A stretch of 64,000 nt of DNA from Centroscyllium fabricii (lineage: Eukaryota), in the NCBI GenBank assembly GCA_051313645.2, contig JBNRSN020000001.1:105400001-105464000 (forward strand). Direction: 5' to 3'. The translations under genes and the position numbers were made by a program. Below are positions 12,190-24,188 of this stretch, in pieces. The notes under the pieces were generated by a model, which worked only from the letters and a program-made list of their open reading frames with translations, made no database searches and was not told the origin of the DNA. Positions within the stretch are counted from its first letter, which is position 1. Every line of letters starts with the position of its first letter.

Positions 12190-12433
12190 CTGAAGAAGAG
12201 GTGAGTTTTTCTCAGTGTCCTGGCCAATATTTATCTCTCAACCAACACCACTAAAAAACAGATTTGCTAGTCATTTATTTCATTGATGTTTGTGAGGCCT
12301 TGTTGTGTGCAAATTGGCTGTCACATTTCCTACATTACAACAGTAACTACACTGCAAAGAAACTTAATTGGCTGTAAAGCACTTTGGAATGTCCCATGGT
12401 CAGGAAAGGTGCTATATGAATGCAAGTTCTTTC
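12190..12433 (+). mobile_element. DeuSINE 3' half
   Basis: GTGTCCTGGCCAATATTTAT...AAATTGGCTG...AAAGGTGCTATATGAATGCAAGT; reverse complement of part of 6454-6890. Confidence 0.82.
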
Positions 12434-12519
12434 AAGACTTTCGTTTTGACTTTTTAAGTGCTTGTAATTAATTCAAAGCTGGTGAGGCAAGTCAAGATAC
12501 AAAAATTGTTAATACTTAC

Positions 12520-12803
12520 AAATAATGAAATAGTCGTTATCTTTTTTGAATTCTAGTCCCCAGAGGTTTGGGCTGAATTCCTGAAACTTGATAGTAAACT
12601 TGACATCTTGATCTGGCTTGTTGCAATTGAGTAATGGTGTGGGGCTAGGCACAGCATTGCAGCTGTCAGCTTGGTCTTTCGACACCATGTACAGCTTAAA
12701 GTACTCATACTGTCCAGTAATCCTGGAGTCCACCTTGGGACAGATAATGTCCAGTTTGTCTCCTATCTGCGGGTACATCACCAGTCCTTTACTTGGTAGG
12801 AAC
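12520..12803 (-). CDS. efnb2: Ephrin-B2 coding exon 2 (receptor-binding domain)
   Basis: [25 protein letters not shown]...[27 protein letters not shown]; acceptor TTTTCAG at 12804 and donor GTAAGT at 12519-12514; 284 nt, and the phase joins exon 1 (AA|G = Lys). Confidence 0.97.
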
Positions 12804-14059
12804 CTGAAAATAAAAACAAAAGAGAAGAACACAAATAAATGTGCTGCTTGCCAAAGAACACAAAGAAATATTCTGTTTCACAGGTTTCTTTTTTCCAGGT
12901 TTTTGCAGGAAGCTGGAACTTGATAAGTGACTGGCTGCAATAACAAAGTACACAAGGACGGGTTATTAAATGAAAGCAAAGGAAAAAAAATTCCATTCAG
13001 CTCTATTTGTTGGACAGTCTCCCTTTTAATCCCTGCCCGTCCCATTGCCCCACTCCAAAATGTTAACTATCAAAAGACTAACAAATAACTTCTATTCCTG
13101 TATTTTAAGCTTGCTTGTCACATTATTAACTGTATTATAGACAAGAGAATATTGCAGTTTGTTGAAAATAAAATTTGAAAAGTAATTTACTTTTCTTCTG
13201 ATGTTCAGCATTATAATTTTACAGACTGCCATTGCACAGAAGTAAGGAGACAAAAACAGATCCTTGCACCACACAAAACAAGCGTAAATGTACATTTTTG
13301 GCCAGATATCTTAGGTTAGAATAGAATTTGAAAGCACCTTTTGCAGCAGTTCCATTCCATAAAAAGGTTCCACCCAAGAAGACTTTATAAATTGCAATAA
13401 AGGGCTTGTTGTTGCACAATTTGTTTTATTCGTGAAAGTGCATCCTGGTATACAGGCTGACTTGTCTTGGGGATGTATTGCACTTGGTGCATTCATATCT
13501 GTACACTGTCACTAATCCTTGCCTTTAGATGTGTTTGCTCCAGTTAATACTCGGAAGCAGCTCCTTAAACTCGCAGCTGCTGATTCAATATCCCCAAGGC
13601 CCAGAGCAAAGTGCCTTTGCCCCATGAAGCTGATTCACTTTTACACAGAATCTAACCACAGCTGCACAGGACCAAAACTACAGAGCTTGCCAAACATTGC
13701 AACACAAAGCAGCATTTTAGCCATTATGCCAAGTGTGCATCAGTTAGTCGATCTCTCCTGTAAGTTTATTTGCATGCTAAGGATTGAGAGTGACACCTTA
13801 AGGGATTTGGCTCCTCCAGTTTAATTGTATTCTGCTTTATAGAATGGAGATTAGCAGGAGTGAATAGCATTGAGATTCACCACATGATGTAAGGTGGATT
13901 AATTGTTTGTTGTTTGCCATACCATTTATCTTACGCAATGATTGATGATACTGTGTGGAAACTTGTGGTTTTCAAGACGACCTGATCACGTCATCCTTCT
14001 GTGCATGCAACGGGCCACCAGATGACATCACAACTGTGTGTTGTCTAAACTCAGGTGTG

Positions 14060-14405
14060 TCCCTGTCTCTGTAAACTCCTCCAGCCCTACAATACTTCGA
14101 GATCCCTGCACTCCTCCAATTCTGGCCTCTTGCGCATCCCCGATTTCCATCGCCCCACAATTGGCGACCGTGCTTTCAGTTGCCCAGGCCCCAAGTTCTG
14201 GAATTCCCTCCCTAAATCTCTCTGCCTCTTGACCTCACCCTCCTCCTTTAAGGCATTCCTTAAAACCTATCTCTTTGACCAATCTTTCCTATTATCTCTT
14301 TATGTGGCTCAGTGTCAAAAGTTGTCTGATAATGCTCCTATAAAGCGCCATGGGATGTTTTGCTTCATTAAAGGTTCTTTCTAAATGTAAGTTGCTGCTG
14401 TTGTT
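14060..14405 (+). mobile_element. L2 LINE 3' fragment
   Basis: RSLHSSNSGLL...IGDRAFSCPGPKFWNSLP...SFKAFLKTYLF followed by L2 tail. Confidence 0.85.
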
Positions 14406-14507
14406 AGGGCCATCCATTGTCTGAACTCAGGAATGTAAACGAGCTTGTCTGCAGCCTGACTGCCACTCAAATTACACATTCTAGGCAGAATACCACCCCC
14501 CCCCCCC

Positions 14508-14592
14508 AAATCAGCCATGATCTTATTGAATGGTGGAGCAGGCTTGAGGGGCCAAGTGGTCTATTCCTGCTCCTATTTCTTATGTTCTTATA
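14508..14592 (+). mobile_element. CR1 3' tail fragment
   Basis: ATCAGCCATGATCTTATTGAATGGTGGAGCAGG...CTCCTATTTCTTATGTTCTTAT. Confidence 0.8.
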
Positions 14593-14785
14593 ATGCTGTT
14601 GTCCAATTACATCGCCCACTACATGGTGTTGTCTGTACAGCTGTATACTAGTCAAAACATGATTGCCAGTAAATACAACCTTATCTTAATGTGAGTTACT
14701 TTGTGAAGCACAAGCCATGGAGGCATGCTTTCTGTCCATGTAAAACCTATTTGTCTATCATTGGCATATATAGACAAATAGGTTT

Positions 14786-15040
14786 AATTTCAGACAGTTT
14801 CCTGAAATTAAAGGGAATTAGGGGTTATGGTGAACGGGCTGGTAAGTGGACGTGAGGCTAGGTTGAGATCGGCCATGTCTGGTTTTTCATCTCTCCCAGG
14901 TGATTACATTGGTTGGGGCGGGGTAGAGAGTAAAAATAAAATTGAGGCTAGGATCAGATCAGCCATGATCTTATTGAATGGCGGAGCAGGCTCGAAGGGC
15001 CGATTGGCCTACTCCTGCTCCTACTTCTTATGTTCTTATA
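14786..15040 (+). mobile_element. CR1 3' fragment of the CR1-b subfamily with an internal UTR deletion
   Basis: Reverse complement of 7240-7570 lacking about 90 nt; same duplicated TGAGGCTAGG..AGATC..CCATG motif. Confidence 0.85.
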
Positions 15041-15239
15041 TTGTTTCAGAATCTAACCATTTAAAATCCTAAAAACTATAGATGTTCCGTGCTGGTCTGC
15101 GTTAATCACTAAAACATATGCAATGATGTTTACATCATTAATATACTTCAGTTTAACCTATCCCATTCTATTTTTGTTTTAGGCTGCTGGTTAAGGCTGC
15201 AATAAGCACGCATTGCATTAAAAACTCGCAACTAGCAAT

Positions 15240-16136
15240 GGGCTGAATTTTAATGAGGAATATGGGTTGGGGGTGGGGCTCCAAGACAGTCGTGAACCCG
15301 GCAGAACAGGTTTCCAGCAGGACCTGTCGAATTTAAGGGCAGGGCCTTATTTGATAGGTAAGCCTTTGTTTCCCACCCGCAGCTAGATTGAGAGGCTGGC
15401 TAGCTCCGAAAGGGTAGGCCTGTGGCACTAGGCTGCACAGAGGAGGGGGGAGGGATTGTGCGGGGGCTGAGGGGCAGCAGTGGGGGCGGTGAATATTAAA
15501 GGAGAATCGGAGCAAGGGGCGGCTGCAGCAGAGGTGGGGGGTTCGAGGAGGATCGGGGGTGCAGGGCAGCCGCAGCAGCAGCAGAGTGTGGGTCTGAAGG
15601 GATCATGGGCTGGGAACAGTTTGGAGAGGGCCGGAGGAGTGGGGGGGGGGGGGGGGGCCTGCAGGGGATTGGAGGTCTCTGGGGGGTATTTGGAGATTGT
15701 GGGGGGGGGGAGTCAAAGGCCGGAGTGGGGTGGGGGTGCAAATCGAAGGCCTGGGGGTGATCGGAGGTCTCGTGGAGGGTCTCCAATCACGGGGGGTGGG
15801 TTAGACAGTGAGATTGGATTCAGGAGGTAAGTGTAAAGGCACTTACCTCCTGGATCCAGCTGCTCTCACCTTACTTTAGCTGGTGGGTTTCACGAGACGT
15901 GCAAAACCCGACCAACTAAAGTTACACTCAAAATGGAGGTTAAAGCAGATGTTTCCACCCTCATTGTAAAATCTAAATAGACAACCCGCCTCCTGGCAGC
16001 GGATTGGATGCCCGCCCCACCTCTATTAAAAGCAGAAGTGGGCAGGAGGTGGGCTCAGTTCGGGATTCACATTTTTAACACTTTAACTACCCACACACCC
16101 CCAACCCACCTGGTTGTTTAGGTTAAAACTCCCTCC
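15240..16136. mobile_element. Harbinger-like MITE with G-rich interior
   Basis: AAT on both flanks (15237-15239, 16137-16139); degenerate TIRs GGGCTGAATTTTAA / TTAAAACTCCCTCC; internal hairpin about 15816-15857. Confidence 0.7.
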
Positions 16137-17944
16137 AATGTCTTTGTTCATGAAATTATCAAATGAAGCAACTTTATTTTAGGGATTCTTTTTTCACTTT
16201 GGAACTAAAGTGGAATCATTTTAAGATATTATGATCAAACAAATGTGAATAAAGTGATTACCATAACTAGGGTGTGAGAAACCAAAGTTAGGATCAGTTC
16301 TGCAAGGTAAAATCCTGCTTAGAATCAACATATTCAAGACTAATTTGATTTAAGCAAAAAAGAGGAGTCCCTGAATTGATAAACGGGTTAAACTATTCCA
16401 GTGTACTGAGAAACATGCTGAATCACAGTAATTTCATATCACATGGGAGGCACTTATTGCCAAGTGCATGGGAGGATTCCTTATATCATTAATGTTATGC
16501 TCTATAATTTTTAATTAGTATTATAGCCTGATATAATCTTACACTGAGTTCTTTTTTAAATGAAGGAATGAATCTGCTCTGTTGCAAGTCAGCTTCTAAA
16601 ATTATGATATCATGTGGTCAGGGACTGATCAATGTGAGAGATATAAAAAATATGGCTGTGTAGCAGCACAATCTATATTGAAGTACCTACCCCACCTTGA
16701 TTAGAAATATGGAGACTAGGGGAAGGCAGTTTCACATTCATCTATACAAACGTTAGCTCTTGGAAAAATTCAGTAGTCTCACATAGATTACATTACTCTT
16801 ATCCATTGTTATAATCGGTTTACGGTTACATCATTTTGTATAATTAAATCAAACCATCCCAATGCACAATCATGTGTTGATTAAATCTCTAACAATCCAA
16901 TTGTTTCAATAACATTTGCTGAAGATTGTTAATTCTCATAATTACATGCAAAATAAAAATTGTTACTGATAGCACCCACTTTTAAGCATCACTGTACTAT
17001 AGAAGATAGAACCCTCCATTGCCCAATCAACATTATTTTATTGCCAGAACTAACCCATTTAAATTAAAGGGAATAATGCCATATATCAAAATAATGCCAA
17101 TCAGAAAATCTGGGTGTGCAGCCCCCATCCACCTTCACTGCCAGAAACATTGCTCAAAGAAACTCACAAGCAAAAAGGATTCTGGGAAGTGACAGCATAA
17201 GAAGGAAGGACAAGAAAGTACCAATCAGCCCATTGAGTTCATAATGATCTAATCTGCCATTCAAAGCAGGAATCTAATCAGGGGGGTGGGTCCAGACAAC
17301 ATTTACAGACTGCTCTCGAAGACAGTAGTGGGCAAAATATGGCCCGCCAAGTCATTTTATCTGGCTTGCTGGACAGGACAGAGATAGAACGTGAGCCAGA
17401 ACTCGCACTGCGCATCAGTCTATCCACTTTCACTTCTCGTGGTTCAGAGACCGATCCAAACTGCAGCCAAGGAACACAAAGTAATACTTAATTCAAGTTA
17501 TCAATTCGCAATAGCGATTCTCCCCGGCCCGATTTTAAAAGGATCTGTTCCGCGTATCTCGGCCCCAAGGGCAGATTTCCATACCCAGAATGGACTGCAT
17601 ACTCAAATATGCCCTATCCATTTTAGAGTTGAGTCATGGCTGCTCATCTCCATGACTCTTTTACCCCAAATTCCCCCTAACATTCCTCATCTTAAGCAAT
17701 ATAAAAGAATTGCCAAAATATAAACAGTGACTACTATAAAGGTTGGTGGAGGATTACATTTTTATACTGATATCATACCTGTAACACTGGCACAGTGGGC
17801 TCTGGTACTAATTGAACAATGCCATCCAACTTGTGCCAAAACAGCTATGCCTGCCAAAGGGAACTGGAATGTCCAGTGCCTGCAGCTTACTTCACCTGAC
17901 AACAGATCCTGGGGTCCGATTCCACTGGTTGGCAAGACAGCAAC

Positions 17945-18352
17945 TAAACGGCACAAACTTAGGATAATCACAATAAGAATTAAAGGGGAAGTTAGAAAAA
18001 AAAACTTCAGATGGAGGGTGGTAAGAATGTGGAATTCTCCGCTACCAGCCTGTTGTTGAAGCAGAGTCCAGGGTGTGGATTTTGACTTTATACAAAAGTT
18101 ACCTCAATGGAAATTAAAATCCTGAGAGATATAAAATGGGCTGCTGATTCATTATTACCCATTTTACACTATCACACAAAGTCAAAATTTACCCCCATAT
18201 ATTCTTTAAAACTGGAATTTGTTGGTTGAAAAGGGTATCGGAATTGAGCAGGAGGGTGGGATTAGATGAAGTGGCTTATGTGGAGAACACCATCGGTTCA
18301 GTCATGATGAGCTGAATGACACGGGCCTGTTCTGTGCTGGAACATTCTATGA
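17945..18352 (+). mobile_element. Old CR1 3' fragment interrupted by a small MITE
   Basis: ..HKLRII..EVRKKNF..RVVRMWNSP..; tail GGCCTGTTCTGTGCTGGAACATTCTATG. Confidence 0.7.
18071..18196. mobile_element. 126-bp MITE
   Basis: TIRs GGGTGTGGATTTTGACTTT / AAAGTCAAAATTTACCCCC; interrupts the CR1 fragment; TSD unclear. Confidence 0.65.
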
Positions 18353-19834
18353 TATCATTGTAAATGGAAATGATTTTCTGGATAGATTATATTTGATCCT
18401 AAATGGGATTAGATTTTATCGGAGTTCAATGGACTCTTCTGAAATCAACTTACCAGTGCAATTGTAAGAGTGTTTGGACCTGGGCCAGCAAACAGATCTC
18501 TTTCTATGTTCCTGATCTGTTGCCTCAGCTCCAGCTGTTACACTTGAATTTGTTGTCAGACTACCACTTTCCATAGGTTTGACAAGTAACAACGCTAGTT
18601 TGGTGATTTTAAATCTGGCACTGTTATACTGAATTTGCACTAACACTGTACAACAATACTAATATATGACCAGTAGCCTATTAGAGGTTAAATTTTAAAT
18701 AAAATATAGTCAGCACAGTCCCTTTAACTCCCACTAGATGCCATTAGCATGTTAGACTGTATTACAGTATTAAATAGCTTAATAACATAATTTAGATGGG
18801 AGGCTCAGAGGAGACAATTTCTATCCCTATAGCAAAAGTTCTGCATAAACTATGAAGATCAAATCCTTGCGAAAATTGAGCTCTGAGTTTTCTGACTATA
18901 GCAACTGATTACTGATTATTGATTACTGAACGTGATTGTCTCTGTAGATGTTTAACACAGGCGATTATGTGACTGTGGCCTGGCTGTGATCAGCTACCTA
19001 TCAGCATCTGATTTGCACTTGAACAATTACTGTTGGTATTTGGATCATCATCATCTTTTATAGTTAGAGCGTCAGGAATGAAACGGGACTCTATGTAAGA
19101 AGCCAATCCTATTTTTAGAACTTGCTAGTGACAGCCTAACCAAGGATCATGGATCACTCCTCCTTAGGGGCTACATTCTGGCAAACAAAAATCTGCGATC
19201 ATCCTTTTTTTTCCTAGTTACCCTTCAAATTTTCAGTAACTGTAATATAGACTGCCACTTCATTTTCTAAAGTGTTAAACAATTCAGTCTGAATGTAGCA
19301 ATTTATCTCTTTAGTTGGTTTAATCACGATGAAAGATTGATAAATTAATCTATCACAAAAATCCTTACTGCTAGGGGGACAATCTTTGGTAGCTTTAAAG
19401 GAATGATATTATATTGTATAATTGACTTCTAAAACTGCTGGTGACCAACTCTGGAAGTTTCGCTTTGCAGAAAATTAGCCTAGATCCACAATTACAAGAA
19501 TATAGTAGAGCTTCAAATGTGGAGCACTTGAAGAGATGCCAGAAAAATGTGCAATATCCTTCCTGAAGCCTCACTGAGTTATTCTGTATTTGCATTCATA
19601 GGGTCAGGTGCCCTCTCTTCAGCACAGCCAATAAATACTTCAGCACTGATCCTAGGAGATAGAGTTTGCATGGTTCTTATTAGAGACAAGAAAGCAGCAT
19701 GGCAGAAGATTAGCTAGCTCTGTAAGCTGTTCAATTTTTTTTTCATGCAGGTTTGTGAGCAGTGCACTTGTAGTGGGCAGTCATTTGGCATGAAAGCAAA
19801 TGATTTTTAATAGAAATAAACCCCCAAAGATAAT

Positions 19835-20510
19835 GGCCGGAGTTTCCTGCAAGCTTGCACCAAAACATGCTCAAGTTCAGCACAAAAGATCGAGGAAATT
19901 CGAAGATTATACATCGGTTTTTAAATTAGCCCGCGTTGCCTTGATGTTTTGTACAGATTCCATGAAACATCTGCCCTTATTAACATAGCTCTGCCCCCAC
20001 ACAAAACAGCATCTTGCACAAATTTCCTGCGTTTACGCTAGTTTTCTGCAGGCGTAGATTTAAGCCAAAAACATTCAGATGCAGCAAGGGCCAAAGTCAC
20101 TAGTTAAGGAGTTTTACAATTTAAAAAATTCTTACTTCAATCTGTACTGTTCTATATCTTTGAATGCTTTTTCATGACATCATAAAATGTTACATTAAAA
20201 ATTGAAAAGCTTCCACAATTGTATATTTTTTGAACGTCTGATGTACATAAATAATGGTTTGACGGCTTCAAACTTCAATTTTCATAGATAAGGAGGAACT
20301 TAATGAAAGAATATTGCATCAGTTCTGCACTTTCCTCGGGCCCCGACTGCTTACACTGATTTTGCATGGTTTAAGGGGGTTTTACGATCCCGTGTATGAT
20401 AATAAGACTGGGGCAATTTGGCATAAGTACTAATTGGCAAGATTGACGTAGAAATCGGCGTCTTTTTCAGCATATCTTTTGATTTGTACCAATCCAGGAA
20501 ACTCCAGGCC
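19835..20510. mobile_element. Harbinger-like MITE (about 676 bp)
   Basis: TIRs GGCC-GGAGTTTCCTG / CAGGAAACTCCAGGCC flanked by AT; AT-rich core. Confidence 0.65.
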
Positions 20511-23500
20511 ATAATAAATACAAGATCCCATCGCAAGCTGCACACAGGCCCTGGAATGACTGAGATGCTCTCAACTCAAACCATTGCAGGCAAACCACAG
20601 GCCGTACATCTCAAACCAAGCAAATTAGTTATTCACAAAATTCAAAGCCTGAGGGTCCCAGTTTGGCTTGGCAAACTCAAGGTTCTGCTGTTTACACTGA
20701 CTTACAAACATATTTTTTATCCATTTATTTCTATTAAATTTAGATTTGCAAATCATGTTGATATTACATTTCCAACCTACATCGCTGAGAGATTAAATGG
20801 AATCCATAACTATGTGAGCAAACAGCAGCAAACTTTTGCAGGTATGGTTGGACCTAGTTATAAAAGGTATGGAATAAAACCTTTCCAAACAATGTTAATA
20901 TATCAATGCACTCTTCCTACATTCACTGTATAACTACATTGTAAAATGGCTTTGTGAAATATATATGTGACTGTAAACTCTTGAAAATACTTTTTTTTAA
21001 ATCACACATAAAATGGTGAGAATTGGAATGATAACAAAATGAGAAGGAACAATAAAGCGCTGTTTATGTCCCCTCTATTATAAATAAAAACGTTGTCAAA
21101 ACCAGTATGAAGAAAGCAGATAAAGAGATAAAGAAATACTCTCTGCTGCAGTATTCTCTCACTTGTGTAATCAGGTTCTCGGGTATCCTTTTCGCCAAAA
21201 GTAATTAGAAAGGGGCAGAGTAGCACTCTCTTACAAGAGAAAGTAGCCGAATTGCTTCACCTATCAGAAAAAAGATTCCAACAAGTATATTTGGAGGTTT
21301 CATCAAAGATGCCGCTTTGAGGTACAAGATTTATCGTCCTTATACAAAAATAAAATCAGAACTTTTATTGGCTAGCTATGGTTCCCAGTTATGATTCCTG
21401 TTTTCTCTAGTTTGAAAGAACTATGGGTTGGCAAAGGTGAAATAACATGAAGCAATTGAATCTGGAGAGACACCTACCCACCTGCCATCGAACCAGAAAG
21501 TGAATAGATTGCTGTGGGTTTGTGATTAGAGTGCAGGGCTTCTGAGGAGAAGCTGGACATTCTGAACTGAGGCTCTGATCCAGTCAGGTAGACCAACTGC
21601 AGTTTGTACAGAAAGGCAGCAGATGCTAGGCTCTTATAAAATGTAAACACATAGTACTCATAACTAGAAGTGAAAGCTGCCTTCTGATGAACTGCGTAGA
21701 GGGGCAAACAACTCCGCATGGGCTTCAATGTGCCTTCCTTAAGCAAAGTGCCTAAACATTCGAGGGCAAAGAAAGCCAGATGGATCTTAATGAAAGTATT
21801 ACACAGGCATGGAACCAGCCTCCTGCTCTGATGGGGAAATGGGTCTGGACATGATTCCAGCACTCTCAGCTCCTACAAGCTGCAGTCTGGCACAGGTCCC
21901 AAGTCCTACACTGTAAAGTGGTAGCTAGTGAAATGGCTCTGTGTTTACCTTGTTGAGTTACGATACAATTACTCCCTACATCGACTGCCAACGGTTAGGA
22001 TACAAATTACTTTCCAGTGGCGAGACAAAGAGACCTCAAAAGCCAAAAGAATGTACTTATATAAAGCATTTATACAAATTAATATTGCAACAAAAATTAT
22101 TCAGCAAGACAAAAATCAATGAATGTGGCTAAAGAAGTTAAACTATTAAATGCTCCTAGATAAATACAGACATTACTCCTCCTAAAATTCCACAAGACAC
22201 TTTCTTAAATTGCTCTACTAAACCAAACTGCTTATTTTGGTGTGTTTATCTGCTTAATAAAGACCAAATGCTTGAAGCTAGATACTCAGAGGATTTTGGT
22301 TCTCTGAGATTAATGTTTGAAACCATTTGCATATTACATTAAAATCTTTGAATGACAGGGTAATACTTAAAGTAGGCAGGGTATTCTTAGTACAACTTTT
22401 ACTTGTTGCTGCCTTCAATACCGAGAAACATAACTTAAAAACATAAATGATCATTTCTGCTTTAAATACAAGAGTAAATTAGACATGAGCTAAGCCACAG
22501 TTTTTAAAGACTTATAACATTGTTCTTGGTACAAATAACAGTAAAAATGTTATATACTCTATGTGGATGATTTAAAAATGTATAGAGAAATGACTACTGA
22601 ATTGTTCCAAATCAGATCACTTGCCAGAATAACATGTAAACTGTTTTACTGAAAGGTGACTGGAGATTTTGGATACTGCAAATGGATACAGCTCTTTGTT
22701 ACTGATACAGTAACATGCAGATGCAATCAACAACCCAAACTATACAGGTATCGCACTCAAATCACCCATTTTGGACTAAAAAAAAGGACCATCACTGATA
22801 GCATTGCCACAAACATAATTTTATCTTTGTAGTTCCCTTGACAAGACCATGGAGCGATCATGTGGAATGATATATTTGATGAGGATAATCAAACAGAGCT
22901 TTGGGATTACTCTGTTGGTGATCGTTGTAACCTTTGCTCCAAGGCTGCTCCAAGATTATGGCAATTTCAAGTTGGCCTGCTAATAACAGGCACATACAGT
23001 ACGTGGATTTCAAGAAGCAAGGACTGGCTTTGATATTTATCGCGACTTGCTCCCTGTTACAAAGCAAATACCTTGTGAGCTGCCCCTGACCAAACACAGT
23101 CAATAAGGTTAATGCAAAGTGTTTGGATGTGATTTGCTCAAAAGAGAAAGGATAGGTGTTGCAATGTTTTCAAGTATCATACTGGGAAAAGGAACCTTTG
23201 ATATGGATGAGTGAAGATTAAAGAGGACTTTGGAAAGAGGTTCCACAGTGGATGGTGAGTTAGTGCAGGAGAATTCATCCAACCAGTCAAGAAATGTATT
23301 TCTCTGGAACTTCACAATTTTAACTTTCATGGTTTTAAATGTCTTTATTTTTGTTTAACAGATAAAGGCAAATAGTTATACGTCCAGGTGCTACTTAGAC
23401 AAAGAAGATTGCATTTTCGCCTTGCATTGATACTCTGGGGGTTTAAAGTCAAGGGGCTAATTTTCAGCTTTAACATTCCCCTCACAGAGGCTCACCTGCC

Positions 23501-23792
23501 AGGAGCACAGATTGAGTAATTAAGCACAGTGCCCATGATTTTCCATCCATTGGCGTACCAATGCCCGGGTTCCCGATATGAGCCTCCTCAGCACACGAGA
23601 CTCTGTCTGCAAGGTTGAAGATGAAAAGTAGCAGTAATCAGCTACTTACAATCCACACCTAACAATGATTATTCATCATTTCTCATGTGCCACTGAATTA
23701 ACATACATGTGAGCAAAGTTTGTTCATCCTGCTATGGAGTGTGTAAACATAGTAGAAAATAGTTGAAGGCCAGCAATGAAAATACTGATATA

Positions 23793-23918
23793 ATAGCAAA
23801 ATACTGCAGATGCTGGAAATCCAAAAGAACAACAGAAAACGCTTGAAAAACTCAGCAGTAAAACCAGCGGTGGAGAGAGAAACCGAGTTAACGTTTCAGG
23901 TCGATGACCTTTCTTCAG
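23793..23918 (-). mobile_element. Short Penelope-derived insert with an intact minimal type-I hammerhead core
   Basis: Minus strand CTGAAGA-A-AGGTC-ATC-GACCT-GAAAC-GTT; 14-bp flanking direct repeat with 2 mismatches (23779-23792, 23919-23932). Confidence 0.75.
23890..23918 (-). ncRNA. Putative minimal hammerhead ribozyme core
   Basis: CUGANGA box, 5-bp stem II, GAAA, palindromic ACGU stem III, GUU cleavage triplet; stem I is only 3 bp (GUU/AAC). Confidence 0.55.
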
Positions 23919-23999
23919 AACATACTGATCTACCCATTACACACTGCTTGTGCTTAGCTTCCCGTTCCTCTTGCCAATACTCACGTGCGGTAGATATAA

Positions 24000-24188
24000 G
24001 GAGATAAAAAATTCCAATTCAGCCACTCCTGAGACATGCCAGGGAGCTCATATCACAAATTGTACATTCAAGGCCCGTGATGTTCCAGCCATTCATTTTA
24101 ATGGAGCATCCTGGCCTGGAAGTGTGCAAGTTTAAGATGTGCACTCCTGTTGTGGGCCAGGAGTGGTCACATCAGAATTTCTATCCAA
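24000..24188. mobile_element. Degenerate palindromic MITE
   Basis: CCACTCCTG...CAGGAGTGG arms around CCATTCATTTTAATGG centre. Confidence 0.5.

Noticed and set aside
15333-15830. Gly- and Pro-rich ORFs
   Set aside because: Translation of the low-complexity G-rich MITE interior
20484-23330. Scattered 60-150 aa ORFs in intron 1, possibly very old LINE fragments
   Set aside because: No diagnostic motifs or splice support recognisable by eye
23453-23632. Possible short MITE (GCTAATTTTCA / TGAAAAGTAGC)
   Set aside because: Ends too degenerate and no TSD
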